Source: Verrucomicrobiota bacterium
Lineage (GTDB): Bacteria; Verrucomicrobiota; Verrucomicrobiia; Limisphaerales; Palsa-1400
Direction: 5' to 3'
Assembly: GCA_050014435.1 (NCBI GenBank)
Contig: JBEKDI010000016.1
Location: forward strand, 410 to 64,409
Length of the DNA: 64,000 nt
Shown: positions 50,257 to 59,635 of the stretch, in pieces
Position numbering within the stretch: the stretch's first letter is position 1
Layout: every line of letters starts with the position of its first letter
Notes under the pieces: generated by a model
What the model was told of the DNA's origin: nothing
What the model saw: the letters and a program-made list of their open reading frames with translations, nothing else
Database searches by the model: none
Translations under genes and position numbers: made by a program

Positions 50257-50898
50257 TCATTGCAGCAAGGGCCGCAAAACCGCCCAGACATTTTCCGCCA
50301 CTATTTTGTGGCCTTCCGGCGTGGGATGAATGCCGTCCGACAAATTCAAATCCGGCTTGCCGCCCACGCCTTCCAACAGGAACGGGATCAACTCGGCATG
50401 GTTCTTCGCCGCCAGCTCGGGATAAATCTTATCGAATGCATCGACATACCCGGGCCCCATGTTCGGCGGCATTTTCATTCCGGCAATGACGATCTGTATG
50501 GCCGGGATATTTTGCCGGAAGCGGTCGATGATGGCCTGCAAATTGGTCCTGGTGGAGTCCAACGGCAAACCCCGCAACCCGTCGTTGCCGCCCAGTTCCA
50601 ACAGCAACACGTCGGCCTTGCGCCGCAGCAGCCAATCGACGCGCTGCAATCCATCGGCGGTCGTGTCGCCGCTGACGCCGGCGTTGAGCACCTTGAATCT
50701 CAGTCCGGCGGCGTCGATCTTCTTTTGCAGCAAAGCCGGCCACGCTTGATCGGGATCGACACCGTATCCGGCAGCAAGGCTGTCGCCGAGGACCAGAATC
50801 GTCTTGGGTGCGGCGGCCGCAGGGAGCGACGCGGATAAAAGGAGCGCGGCAAGGAGCAGTAAGAAGCACTTTCTCGAATACAGCATCGGGGACATCAT
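50257..50898 (-). CDS. SGNH/GDSL hydrolase, TesA-like arylesterase/thioesterase, secreted
   Basis: Block I ILVLGDSLAAGYG, block III LELGGNDGLRG, block V DGIHPTPEGH, and a signal peptide. Confidence 0.85.
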   Translation of the reverse strand: MMSPMLYSRKCFLLLLAALLLSASLPAAAAPKTILVLGDSLAAGYGVDPDQAWPALLQKKIDAAGLRFKVLNAGVSGDTTADGLQRVDWLLRRKADVLLLELGGNDGLRGLPLDSTRTNLQAIIDRFRQNIPAIQIVIAGMKMPPNMGPGYVDAFDKIYPELAAKNHAELIPFLLEGVGGKPDLNLSDGIHPTPEGHKIVAENVWAVLRPLLQ

Positions 50899-50951
50899 CG
50901 GTTATTGGGAAGGAATGTCCAAGTCATTCGTTTCGACATTCGTCGTTCCTC

Positions 50952-50989
50952 GATTAGGATTAAGAGTAAGATTAAGATTAGGATTAGGA
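50952..50989. repeat. (GATTAG/GATTAA)n hexamer array in a divergent promoter region
   Basis: The array reads gattaggattaagagtaagattaagattaggattagga. It ends 4 nt before the ATG of the ABC ATPase gene, and its last GGAG doubles as the likely Shine-Dalgarno sequence. Confidence 0.8.
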
Positions 50990-50993
50990 GCTG

Positions 50994-51692
50994 ATGAACC
51001 CATCAAATGCCACGGCCAATGGAGCCATTTTGGAAGTCAAACATCTGACCAAGGAGTACGCCAGCGGCGGCGCGATTCTCACGGTGGTCAAGGACGTTTC
51101 CTTCTCGATTCCCGCCGGATCGACCCGCGCCATCGTGGGGACGTCCGGCAGCGGCAAGACGACGTTGCTCGGTTTGTGCGCGGGACTGGACCAGCCGACC
51201 TCGGGCGAAGTGCGCCTGGACGGCATCCATCTTGGAGCGCTGGATGGAGACGGGCGGGCCGCGGTGCGCAACAGGAGTGTTGGGTTCGTTTTCCAAAGTT
51301 TCCAACTCATCCCCACCCTGACGGCGCTTGAGAATGTCATGGTGCCGCTGGAATTGCGCGGCGAGGGGGGCGCGGCGGGGCGGGCGCGGGAATTGCTGGA
51401 GCGGGTTGGGCTGGAGGGGCGGTTCTCGCATTTCCCGGCGCAACTATCCGGAGGCGAACAGCAACGGGTGGGATTGGCGCGCGCTTTCATCAACCGGCCC
51501 AAAGTCCTCTTTGCGGACGAACCGACCGGGAATCTGGACGAGGAGACAGGGCGGCGGGTCATTGACAGTTTGTTCGCGCTGAACGCGGCTTCCGGCACCG
51601 CGCTGATAATCGTGACGCACGACGCGGAGCTGGCCGGGCGCGCGGAGCGGATCATCCAGCTTAGGGCGGGGGCGGTGGTCGCCGGCGCGTGA
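50994..51692 (+). CDS. ABC transporter ATP-binding protein, YbbA-like
   Basis: Walker A GTSGSGKTTLL, signature LSGGEQQRVGLARAF and Walker B VLFADEPTGNLD. It is divergent from the tesA-like gene. Confidence 0.9.
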   Translation: MNPSNATANGAILEVKHLTKEYASGGAILTVVKDVSFSIPAGSTRAIVGTSGSGKTTLLGLCAGLDQPTSGEVRLDGIHLGALDGDGRAAVRNRSVGFVFQSFQLIPTLTALENVMVPLELRGEGGAAGRARELLERVGLEGRFSHFPAQLSGGEQQRVGLARAFINRPKVLFADEPTGNLDEETGRRVIDSLFALNAASGTALIIVTHDAELAGRAERIIQLRAGAVVAGA

Positions 51693-54238
51693 AAGCGTTC
51701 CTCAAACATCTGTTGTCCGCCTGGACGTGGGGCATGGCCTGGCGCGACAGCCGCACCAACCGCGGTCGGCTGCTGTTGTTTTCGTCCTCCATTGTGCTCG
51801 GAGTGGCGGCGCTGGCGGCCATCGGGTCGCTGGGGAAAAACCTGGAGCGCGCCGTCGCGGAACAGGCCAAGACGTTGCTGGGGGCCGATCTGGCCCTGTC
51901 GTCGCGCCAGCCTTATTCGAGCGCAGAAGAACAGTTATTGACAGGATTGGGCGGACGGCAGGCGCGGGAAACCTCCTTTTCGTCCATGATTTATTTTCCG
52001 AACGGAGGCGGCACCCGCCTGGTCCAGGTGCGCGCGTTGGGCGGGCCGTTTCCCTTTTACGGCCGGCTGGAAACCGAGCCGCCTGCGGCGGCGGATGAAT
52101 TCCGCCTCGGGCGCGGGGCGTTGGTCGAGGAGAATCTGCTGATTCAATTCGGGGCCAGGGCCGGCGATAATATCCGGCTCGGCACGCTGACTCTGCCGGT
52201 CATCGGCGTGTTGAAGAAGGTCCCGGGCGAAAGCGCGGCCCTGGCGGTCATTGCGCCGCGCGTCTATCTGCCGATGAGCGACCTGGCGCAAACCGGACTG
52301 CTCAACGGGGGCGGCCTGGCCCGCTACCGGGCCTTCTTCCAATTCCCATCCGGCGCCGACGTCGCGAAAATAGTCGCAGGCGTTCGGCCGCAACTGGATC
52401 GCTTCCGCCTTGGCGTTGAGACGGTCGAGTCCCGGCAGCGCGAGCTGGGGCGGACCATGGACAATCTGTATCACTTCCTGAACCTGGGTGGCCTGGCGGC
52501 CTTGCTGCTGGGTGGCATTGGGGTGGCCAGCGGGGTCCAGGCGCATGTCAAACAAAAACTCGGGACGGTGGCGGTGTTGCGCTGTCTCGGCGGCTCCGTC
52601 GGGCAAACCTTCGCCATTTACGCGGCGCAGGGGATTGCCCTGGGGCTGGCAGGGGCGCTGGCCGGCTCGGCCCTGGGTGTGGCCGTGCAGGCCGCTGCGC
52701 CGCGCGCTGTGGCGGATTTCATACCGTTCGCTTTCCAATTTCAGACATCCTGGCCGGCGGTTGGATGCGCGGCGGGGATCGGCTTTGGTCTGTGTCTGCT
52801 CTTTGCGTTGTTGCCGTTGCTGGAGGTCCGCCGCGTCGCGCCGCTGGCCGCGCTGCGGCGCGCTTATGAGAACACAAAAGCAAAGCGCGACCCGTTGCGC
52901 TGGCTGGTCGAAGGCTGCCTGGCCGCGGGCATTACCGCATTCGTTCTCGGACAGGGACGCGACTGGCGGATCGGCCTTGGGTTTTGCGGGGGTTTGGCGG
53001 CCGCCATCGCTGTGCTGGCGGGGACGGCAAAGGCCCTGATCTTCCTCGCGCGGAAATTCCTGAGTCCGGCCCTGCCGTTCACGTTGCGCCAGGGCCTGGG
53101 CAATTTGCACCGGCCCAACAACCGGACACTTTTGCTGCTGCTGTCCCTGGGGCTGGGCGTTTTTCTGATGGTGAGCATCCAGATGCTTCAGCACACTCTG
53201 GCCACGGAATTGATCGTGCCGGGCGGCAACCAGCCCAACGCCGTCCTGTTCGACATTCAACCCAGCCAACAGAAAGCCGCGGCCGAGTTGGTCCGGTCCA
53301 TGCATTTGCCGGTCCTGGATGAATTGCCCATCGTGACGATGCGGCTCAGTTCGATCAAGGGGCGCAGCGTCGAATCGCTTCTGGCAGACAAACAAATCCA
53401 CATTCCCTCCTGGGTTTTGCGCCGGGAATACCGCTGCACCTACACCGATCACCTGCGCGACGCCGAGAAGGTGATCGCAGGCCGCTGGATCGGGCAGGCG
53501 GGAAATGCGACCAATCCCGCGCCGATTTCCCTGGAAAAAGGCATCGCCGGGGATTTGCACGCCGGGCTGGGGGACGAAATTGCATTTGATCTTCAAGGCG
53601 TGAGGGTGACGGGGCGCGTGGCCAGCCTGCGGGAGGTGGAGTGGCGGCGGGTGCAGCCAAACTTTTTTGTGGTTTTTCCGCGGGGCGTTTTGGAAAGCGC
53701 GCCGAGCATGAACGTGCTGGTGACGCGGGTGGATTCCAGCGCCCAATCCGCGCTGCTGCAGCGGGCCGTGGTGCAGGCGTTCCCGAATGTTTCGGTGATC
53801 GACCTGACGCTCATCTTGCAGACACTGGATGCCATTCTGGGCAAAGTGGCGCTGGCCATGCGGTTCATGGCGCTGTTCACCGTGCTGACCGGCGTCCTTG
53901 TGCTGGCGGGCGCGCTGGCCAGCGGAAGTTTCCAGCGCGCGCGGGAGAGCATCCTGTTGCGGACGCTGGGGGCCTCGCGCCGCCAAATTCACTGCATCCT
54001 GGCCGTTGAGTATGTGAGCCTGGGAGCACTGGCGGCGGCGACAGGGGGTTTGCTGTCGCTGGCGGCGGTTTGGGCGCTGGCGAGGTTTGTTTTTCACGTT
54101 CAGTTTGTGCCCGAGGCGGCGCCGTTGTTGTGCGCCCTGGTTGCGACCCCGGTCCTGACCGCCGGTCTCGGCCTTTTCATGAGCCGCGGCATCCTGAGCC
54201 AGCCTCCGGTGGTCGCCTTGAGAAGCGAGGATGTGTAA
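51689..54238 (+). CDS. FtsX-family ABC permease, YbbP-like (duplicated FtsX module)
   Basis: 849-aa ORF that overlaps the ATPase stop by 4 nt. It contains two FtsX-type 4-TM modules, each preceded by an extracytoplasmic domain (VAVLRCLGGS..., ILLRTLGASRRQI...). Confidence 0.85.
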   Translation: MKAFLKHLLSAWTWGMAWRDSRTNRGRLLLFSSSIVLGVAALAAIGSLGKNLERAVAEQAKTLLGADLALSSRQPYSSAEEQLLTGLGGRQARETSFSSMIYFPNGGGTRLVQVRALGGPFPFYGRLETEPPAAADEFRLGRGALVEENLLIQFGARAGDNIRLGTLTLPVIGVLKKVPGESAALAVIAPRVYLPMSDLAQTGLLNGGGLARYRAFFQFPSGADVAKIVAGVRPQLDRFRLGVETVESRQRELGRTMDNLYHFLNLGGLAALLLGGIGVASGVQAHVKQKLGTVAVLRCLGGSVGQTFAIYAAQGIALGLAGALAGSALGVAVQAAAPRAVADFIPFAFQFQTSWPAVGCAAGIGFGLCLLFALLPLLEVRRVAPLAALRRAYENTKAKRDPLRWLVEGCLAAGITAFVLGQGRDWRIGLGFCGGLAAAIAVLAGTAKALIFLARKFLSPALPFTLRQGLGNLHRPNNRTLLLLLSLGLGVFLMVSIQMLQHTLATELIVPGGNQPNAVLFDIQPSQQKAAAELVRSMHLPVLDELPIVTMRLSSIKGRSVESLLADKQIHIPSWVLRREYRCTYTDHLRDAEKVIAGRWIGQAGNATNPAPISLEKGIAGDLHAGLGDEIAFDLQGVRVTGRVASLREVEWRRVQPNFFVVFPRGVLESAPSMNVLVTRVDSSAQSALLQRAVVQAFPNVSVIDLTLILQTLDAILGKVALAMRFMALFTVLTGVLVLAGALASGSFQRARESILLRTLGASRRQIHCILAVEYVSLGALAAATGGLLSLAAVWALARFVFHVQFVPEAAPLLCALVATPVLTAGLGLFMSRGILSQPPVVALRSEDV

Positions 54239-54261
54239 AGAAGAAATTTAAATTTGAGATG

Positions 54262-57200
54262 CTAATCCAATGTGAGATTGACGCGATCTTGACCTTTGAA
54301 ATTGGCTCCGATGGGTTTTGGAGCGGTGATGAACAATCTGTCCGCCGTGACCCTGCCCGATTTCAAAAGGTAAGCTTCAACCTGATTGGCCCGGTCCTGC
54401 ATTAGCTGCCGGAAGTCGTCGCTGGTAATGTCGATCTTTTGCAGGAGCTGTTCTTCCATGCCGGCGAGATCGCTTTGCGCGACAGCGGCCTGCGCGAGTT
54501 GGGCCTGCTTGCTTATTACCGCGGGCGGCGACGTCAAGACCCAGCCCGGATGCGACAAGAGAACCAGACGAGTCGCTCCGTTTGCAAAGAACGGCTTGGC
54601 CGGAGGCGGCGGATTCGGGGCCGGTTTGTTCCGGGGCAACGGCGCGGGCGCGCCCGGCAATTGATTGGTTTCAGGCGGATGGTAAGCGCCGAAAGTGTTG
54701 GTGTAAACCGCGGCCAACAGCCGGTCATGGTCGGCGGGTTGCAGCACGACTTCATCGATGGAGGCGGGCGGTTTGCCGGCATCGGTCATTTCCTTGATGA
54801 AGAGCGCTTTGAGCTGGCGCTGAAGCCTGGCGCGGGCCATTACTTCGCGATCCATCGCCGGATCAACAGAACCGTTAATTTCCAAAGTCAACTCAGGCCG
54901 GTCGTAAAGGGCCTTGGACAGTGCATCCAAAGTGTTGGTTTCAACTGGAAGGATGTCAGACAGCCCTGGATCAAAGTTGATGCTTAGTTCTTTGCTGCTG
55001 CCGAACATTGCCCCCAGCAGCGAAAACGGCGAAGTGGCCGCTTTGACGAGGAGATTCTCGACCACTCCCCAAATGATCGGACCGAGCTTGAATTTGGGAT
55101 CGTCCACCCGCCCTTGCACAGGAACGTCGAGTTTGATGCGGCCGTTGCGGTCCTTGAGCAGCGCGATGGCGAGTTTGACGGGCAGGCTGGTGGCATTGGT
55201 GCTGCCGTTTTTTGCGCCGAGTGTGAGTTGATCGATGAAAATGAAATTGGAAGCATTCAATGCTTTTTGATTGATGTCATAATGCAGGGCCAGGGAAAGT
55301 TTGCCCTTCTCCAGCGGACGGCCGACATATTTTTCGGTGTAGGGACTGAACGCGGTCAGCCCGGCGTTGGTAAAGGCAACGGAGACGTCCACAAAAAGCT
55401 TGTCCGGCATGGGATTGAGAGAGCCGGTCACGCTGAAGGACGAGAACTGATCGACTTTGCCTTTGACGTCCACCGCGGCCGGGGTCAGCACGAGGGAAGA
55501 AATGCCTTTGACGCTTCCGCTGGCGTCCTGAACGTCAAAAGTGCAATTTGGCTCGAGGGACCGGTCGGCAAAATGGAGGGAGGCATTTTCAAAGACAAAC
55601 GCGCCAAGAGTAATTTCCGGAATCGTGTTCGTCGTCGGTGCCGGTGTGTTGGCTTCCGCAAGGGAGGCCTTTTTCTCCGGCAGGATGGTCAGGATGTTCA
55701 GGCGACGGTCCGGGCCGATGATCGCACTGTTGTCCGCCTGGACGAACTTGATCTGGTCAACGTGGAACTTGTCCGGCTGCAACGCCGTGTCGATGCCGGT
55801 GATGTCGAGGGAATCCCATTTGGCCAGGTTCTCGAACAGCACTTGATCGGTCACAGCAAAATCGCGCACGGAGACATTGCCAGCGAAGCTGACGAGGGGA
55901 GCGCCCTGCCTGGCGGGAGAATAATGCGCATGGCCGTCGAGGTTGAGCACGCCGCGCGTGATGGACATTTTGAGTTGTTCATCGAGATAGGGCTGGATCA
56001 TGCGCAAGTCCAGATTGGTCACCCCAATCAGCACGTCGGCCCACGGGGGAATGAGCGTGAGGGCGCCATTCACGCCGATCGATCCCGTCTCCTGCAAGCG
56101 CAGGGAAAGCGCCAGCGTCACCGGCGCATTGCTCTGGTTGGAGACGTTCTTCAGGTTGAGATTGAGCTGGTCGATGTTGAACGCCGCCGGCTTGGGCGGC
56201 TGCCTGTCCTCGGCTTTGATGGCGTAATTGTGGAAGGCGATTTCGTCAATCTTGACCGACCAAGGCGGGGTGGCGACCGGGAGGGACTGGGTTGGGGCCG
56301 GCTTGGGCTGGGGAACCAGATTGGCCAGGAAGTTGATTGTCCCGTCCTGGTTCCGGCGAACCAATATCGAGCCATCCTCCGATTTGATCTGCCCGACCTT
56401 TGCCGTGCGCCGGGCCACACTCGCCTCGATTTGCTTGAGGGATAGCGATGGGATCGTCAAAACATCCTCCCCTGTGTCCGGCGTTTTCAGCCGGAGGTGG
56501 CTGAACGTTACCATCGCGTTCGAAACCTCCAGGTCGAGGGCGTTGGTCGCGGAGTCATAACGATATTCCGCCGAGGCGTCGAGCTGGCCGTCGGCGATTT
56601 CAAAGAGCGCGTAATCCTGGCTGTAGGGCTTGTATCTGCCGAGCTTGAACCCGCCGAGGCGGAAAGTGCCGGTCGCCTGCAGAGGGTTGACGGTGACATG
56701 CCCCGACCAGGCAATGCTTTCGCCGGAATCGCCGGTGGCGACGATCTCGTGCGGACTGCTCTGATCGAGCAAGGTGGTGAAATCCTTGAGACTGACGTTG
56801 ATGGGCTGGTAGCGGATTTTGAAGGGGCTCCGGCGAGTCTGGTCCTCGAAGGCCACCGCGCCGTTGGTGATGAGGAGATGATGCACGATGATGGGCGGCA
56901 GTGGTTGAGCTGGCCGAGGCGCGGGGGCCGGCGCAGGCGACGGGGCGCCGAGCAGATTGGCGAAATTGAACGTGCCATCCTTGAGATAAGTGATTTGCGC
57001 AAAGGGATCCTGCAGCGAAATATCAGCGAAGTTCCAGCTCCGCCTGAAGATCGAGGAAAGTTGGAACCTGACGTAAAACTCGCTGAAGGAACTGAAGACG
57101 TCGCCGTTGGTTTCCTTCAATGAAAAGCCGTCGATGGTCATTGCAAAGGCGTAGGGATTGAATTTGACGCGCTCGATGGCGGCCTGCCTTTTGGTCAGCG

Positions 57201-57342
57201 GCGGCAGGCGTTTGAGCATCTGCGATTTGACAACGGCCGGAACGATGAGGAACCCGATGACGGTGTAGAGAACCACCGCCGTTCCCAACGCAATCAGCCA
57301 TTTGGTTCGCCTTGACATATTAGCCGCGGGATCGGTTGTCAT
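54262..57342 (-). CDS. DUF748 domain protein (AsmA-like envelope protein)
   Basis: 1026-aa ORF. The N-terminal anchor KWLIALGTAVVLYTVIGFLIVPAVVKSQMLKRL is followed by RVKFNPYAFAMTIDGFSLKE, typical of DUF748. The rest is a long beta-rich body. Confidence 0.8.
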   Translation of the reverse strand: MTTDPAANMSRRTKWLIALGTAVVLYTVIGFLIVPAVVKSQMLKRLPPLTKRQAAIERVKFNPYAFAMTIDGFSLKETNGDVFSSFSEFYVRFQLSSIFRRSWNFADISLQDPFAQITYLKDGTFNFANLLGAPSPAPAPAPRPAQPLPPIIVHHLLITNGAVAFEDQTRRSPFKIRYQPINVSLKDFTTLLDQSSPHEIVATGDSGESIAWSGHVTVNPLQATGTFRLGGFKLGRYKPYSQDYALFEIADGQLDASAEYRYDSATNALDLEVSNAMVTFSHLRLKTPDTGEDVLTIPSLSLKQIEASVARRTAKVGQIKSEDGSILVRRNQDGTINFLANLVPQPKPAPTQSLPVATPPWSVKIDEIAFHNYAIKAEDRQPPKPAAFNIDQLNLNLKNVSNQSNAPVTLALSLRLQETGSIGVNGALTLIPPWADVLIGVTNLDLRMIQPYLDEQLKMSITRGVLNLDGHAHYSPARQGAPLVSFAGNVSVRDFAVTDQVLFENLAKWDSLDITGIDTALQPDKFHVDQIKFVQADNSAIIGPDRRLNILTILPEKKASLAEANTPAPTTNTIPEITLGAFVFENASLHFADRSLEPNCTFDVQDASGSVKGISSLVLTPAAVDVKGKVDQFSSFSVTGSLNPMPDKLFVDVSVAFTNAGLTAFSPYTEKYVGRPLEKGKLSLALHYDINQKALNASNFIFIDQLTLGAKNGSTNATSLPVKLAIALLKDRNGRIKLDVPVQGRVDDPKFKLGPIIWGVVENLLVKAATSPFSLLGAMFGSSKELSINFDPGLSDILPVETNTLDALSKALYDRPELTLEINGSVDPAMDREVMARARLQRQLKALFIKEMTDAGKPPASIDEVVLQPADHDRLLAAVYTNTFGAYHPPETNQLPGAPAPLPRNKPAPNPPPPAKPFFANGATRLVLLSHPGWVLTSPPAVISKQAQLAQAAVAQSDLAGMEEQLLQKIDITSDDFRQLMQDRANQVEAYLLKSGRVTADRLFITAPKPIGANFKGQDRVNLTLD

Positions 57343-57865
57343 AAGTTTTCTGGCCGACAGGAATTTAAAACGTCTGCCTCAAAAGGCAAAATAAAAAATG
57401 TTTGAAAATGGTGCGATTAAGCCGGATTAAGTGCGAGCAAGTGTGATTAACTGCGATTTTTTGGGCCGGAAATGGCCACAGACCCGCACACGGATTTTCG
57501 CAGATTGATTTCAGAATCCTTCCCTTGATTCTCACCAGGCAACCCCTCTTCCCGTCCGGCCCAATTTTGGGTTCTCATGTTTCTTCCTTTCCGCCGAGGA
57601 CTTCAATTATCCATTGTCAATTTTGCATGATCCACTATTAATAATTCATTAAACGAACTATACAGTTCAAGCATTATTCAGTCAATAGATTTTTAAAACA
57701 ATCTTTTAAAAACCACCATTTATGGATAAAACGTGGTTAAAGCCGTGAGCGGCAGAGGCTTCAAAAGTTTTCCACCACGAGGCGCGCGTAACTTTGACGC
57801 GGCAGGGCTTTCTGCCGAGGCATTTGGCGGCAGTTGTTCAAAATGTCCTTTTTTCAAATGTACTC

Positions 57866-58636
57866 TCAATACTGGATGGCCACGTAATTTCGCATCCTAT
57901 CCTCATGCGTAATCGGCAAATTGGATGGATAAGCATCTTCCAAAAGCATGCGGTTGAACGCGGCGGTCATTTGTTGACGGCCGATTCGCATCTCCGGCGG
58001 TGGATTGAGATCGAGCTGCAACATGCGGAGGTTTGGCGGGCGCAACTTGACTCCACGAAACCGATCCTCCTCATAAATCGAAGGGCCGAGGATTATCGTG
58101 TTCAGTTCTTTGACGAGGAGAAGCTCAAGGGGTGTCTCCTCCGGACGCGATTCCGGGAAACTGGCAATCGCCAACCGGGTGCTTTCAGAAAACCGGGTGA
58201 TGAGAAAAGAGGAGACCGGATCGGAGGGCGATTTTAGTTTCGCAACGAAAAACGCGAGGTTCGTTATCTCGTCCGCTGGAAAGGCCGGGACAAGTTCGGA
58301 TTGATCATTTGTCTGTTGGACAAACCGTCCATAATAAATCGCTTTCCGGCCTTCGTACTTGAAGAGAAATGCGTGGTCCGTGGCGCAATTTGGACCGGGA
58401 TTGAACTCGGGAGAGACGGAGGTGATTTTTTCGGTTTTCTCGATGACCGTTACAAAAGCAGGATACGTGGCGCCGGGCGCTGCATAGACGTGCTTCATCA
58501 CTCCACACTTGGCGGCGTCATAGCTGGTATAGGCGACCGTGGCCACTGCCCAAGTGAGACCGTATGGATTGTCCTGGGAAGCGCACCCGGCCAAAAGGCA
58601 GCCCAGGAAGCCTAGACAGAGTCGGTACGTTTTCAT
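57866..58636 (-). CDS. Hypothetical lipoprotein
   Basis: Lipobox LGFLGCLLAGC-ASQ in a 256-aa ORF. No motif was recognised. Confidence 0.7.
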   Translation of the reverse strand: MKTYRLCLGFLGCLLAGCASQDNPYGLTWAVATVAYTSYDAAKCGVMKHVYAAPGATYPAFVTVIEKTEKITSVSPEFNPGPNCATDHAFLFKYEGRKAIYYGRFVQQTNDQSELVPAFPADEITNLAFFVAKLKSPSDPVSSFLITRFSESTRLAIASFPESRPEETPLELLLVKELNTIILGPSIYEEDRFRGVKLRPPNLRMLQLDLNPPPEMRIGRQQMTAAFNRMLLEDAYPSNLPITHEDRMRNYVAIQY

Positions 58637-58729
58637 GGGAGCAGCTTATCTTCATTACGAGGCTCCAGTTAATTGATAACTTTTAACGCGACATTGATAA
58701 AATGAATGGAAGGCGCATCTCATTTTTTT

Positions 58730-58885
58730 CATTAACCCCTCGTTTTAACGAGGGGACCTGGGTGCAAGGAGGCCCTTAAACTGTTTCAACAGTTTCGGCC
58801 ATGGTCCGACCACGCCGGAAACCGTTGAAACGATTGGATAAGCCGACGGCTCCACTCATCCCCTCGTTAAAACGAGGGGTTAATG
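58730..58885. mobile_element. MITE-like palindromic repeat element (156 bp, 27-bp perfect terminal inverted repeats)
   Basis: Left end cattaacccctcgttttaacgagggga (58730-58756) and right end tcccctcgttaaaacgaggggttaatg (58859-58885) are exact reverse complements. Each end is itself a hairpin. Internal hairpins are aaactgtttcaacagttt and ccgttgaaacg. No coding capacity. Confidence 0.6.
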
Positions 58886-59050
58886 AGAGGCAGTGGTTTG
58901 GGCATAAATCAATTCGTCGCCTAAAACCCAAGATGGACCCGAACAGAAGGGGATGTTTTAATTGACTCTTCCGCGGTTTGGGCTTAACATTTCTCAACGC
59001 AGGATCGGTTGCAATGAAGTCATTCCGGCGTCAGCCGGAGGAGGTGATGC

Positions 59051-59617
59051 ATGGAAACAGTATTGCCGTCGGAGTTCAAACGAGCCATGGTTCTGATGTT
59101 GGAAGGCGCCCCGTATATCATCGAGGAGCTTCACCAGAGCGGCACGGCGCAAACCAAGCACAAGCTCCACACCCGGTTGCGCAATCTCAAGGCCGGCCAT
59201 ACGATCGACCGCGTTTTTGCCGAGAACGAACGCGTGACCGTGGCCCACTTGCAAACCCGGCGCGTCACCTACAGTTACAGCCAGGGCGACTCTCATGTCT
59301 TTCTCGACGCCGAGACGTTCGAAGAGCTTGATCTGAACGACAAGCAACTCGGCGAGCGGCGCTGGTTTCTCAAGGAAAACGAGGAATACAAAGCGTTGTA
59401 CCTGGAGGGCGCGCCCCTCGATATCGTGCTGCCGCCCCAAATCCCGCTCAAAGTCGCGGACACCGCCCCGCCCGTTCGCGGCAGCTCGGATACAGCCTGG
59501 AAGGAAGCGAAACTCGAAACGGGCCTTGAGGTCATGGTGCCGTTGTTCATTGCCAAAGGGGAGACGATTCGCGTGGACACCGCCTCCAAGAAATACGCCG
59601 GGAAGCAAAGCTTGTAG
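59051..59617 (+). CDS. Elongation factor P family protein, EfpL/YeiP-like loop
   Basis: 188 aa with three-domain EF-P organisation (FKRAMVLMLEGAPYIIEE..., VTYSYSQGDSHVFLDAETFEEL, VMVPLFIAKGETIRVDT). The domain-I tip loop reads HQSGTAQTKHK instead of the canonical KPGKG. Confidence 0.85.
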   Translation: METVLPSEFKRAMVLMLEGAPYIIEELHQSGTAQTKHKLHTRLRNLKAGHTIDRVFAENERVTVAHLQTRRVTYSYSQGDSHVFLDAETFEELDLNDKQLGERRWFLKENEEYKALYLEGAPLDIVLPPQIPLKVADTAPPVRGSSDTAWKEAKLETGLEVMVPLFIAKGETIRVDTASKKYAGKQSL

Positions 59618-59635
59618 AGTGCCGACTGTTTCGGG

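Noticed and set aside
51935-56445. 720-aa (51935..54097) and 443-aa (55114..56445) ORFs antisense to the ybbP-like and DUF748 genes
   Set aside because: Both are shadow ORFs, Arg/Gly/Ala/Gln-rich, and lack any family signature.
58776-58997. 73-aa ORF across the MITE-like element
   Set aside because: It is created by the repeat itself, and its sequence is dictated by the palindromic element.
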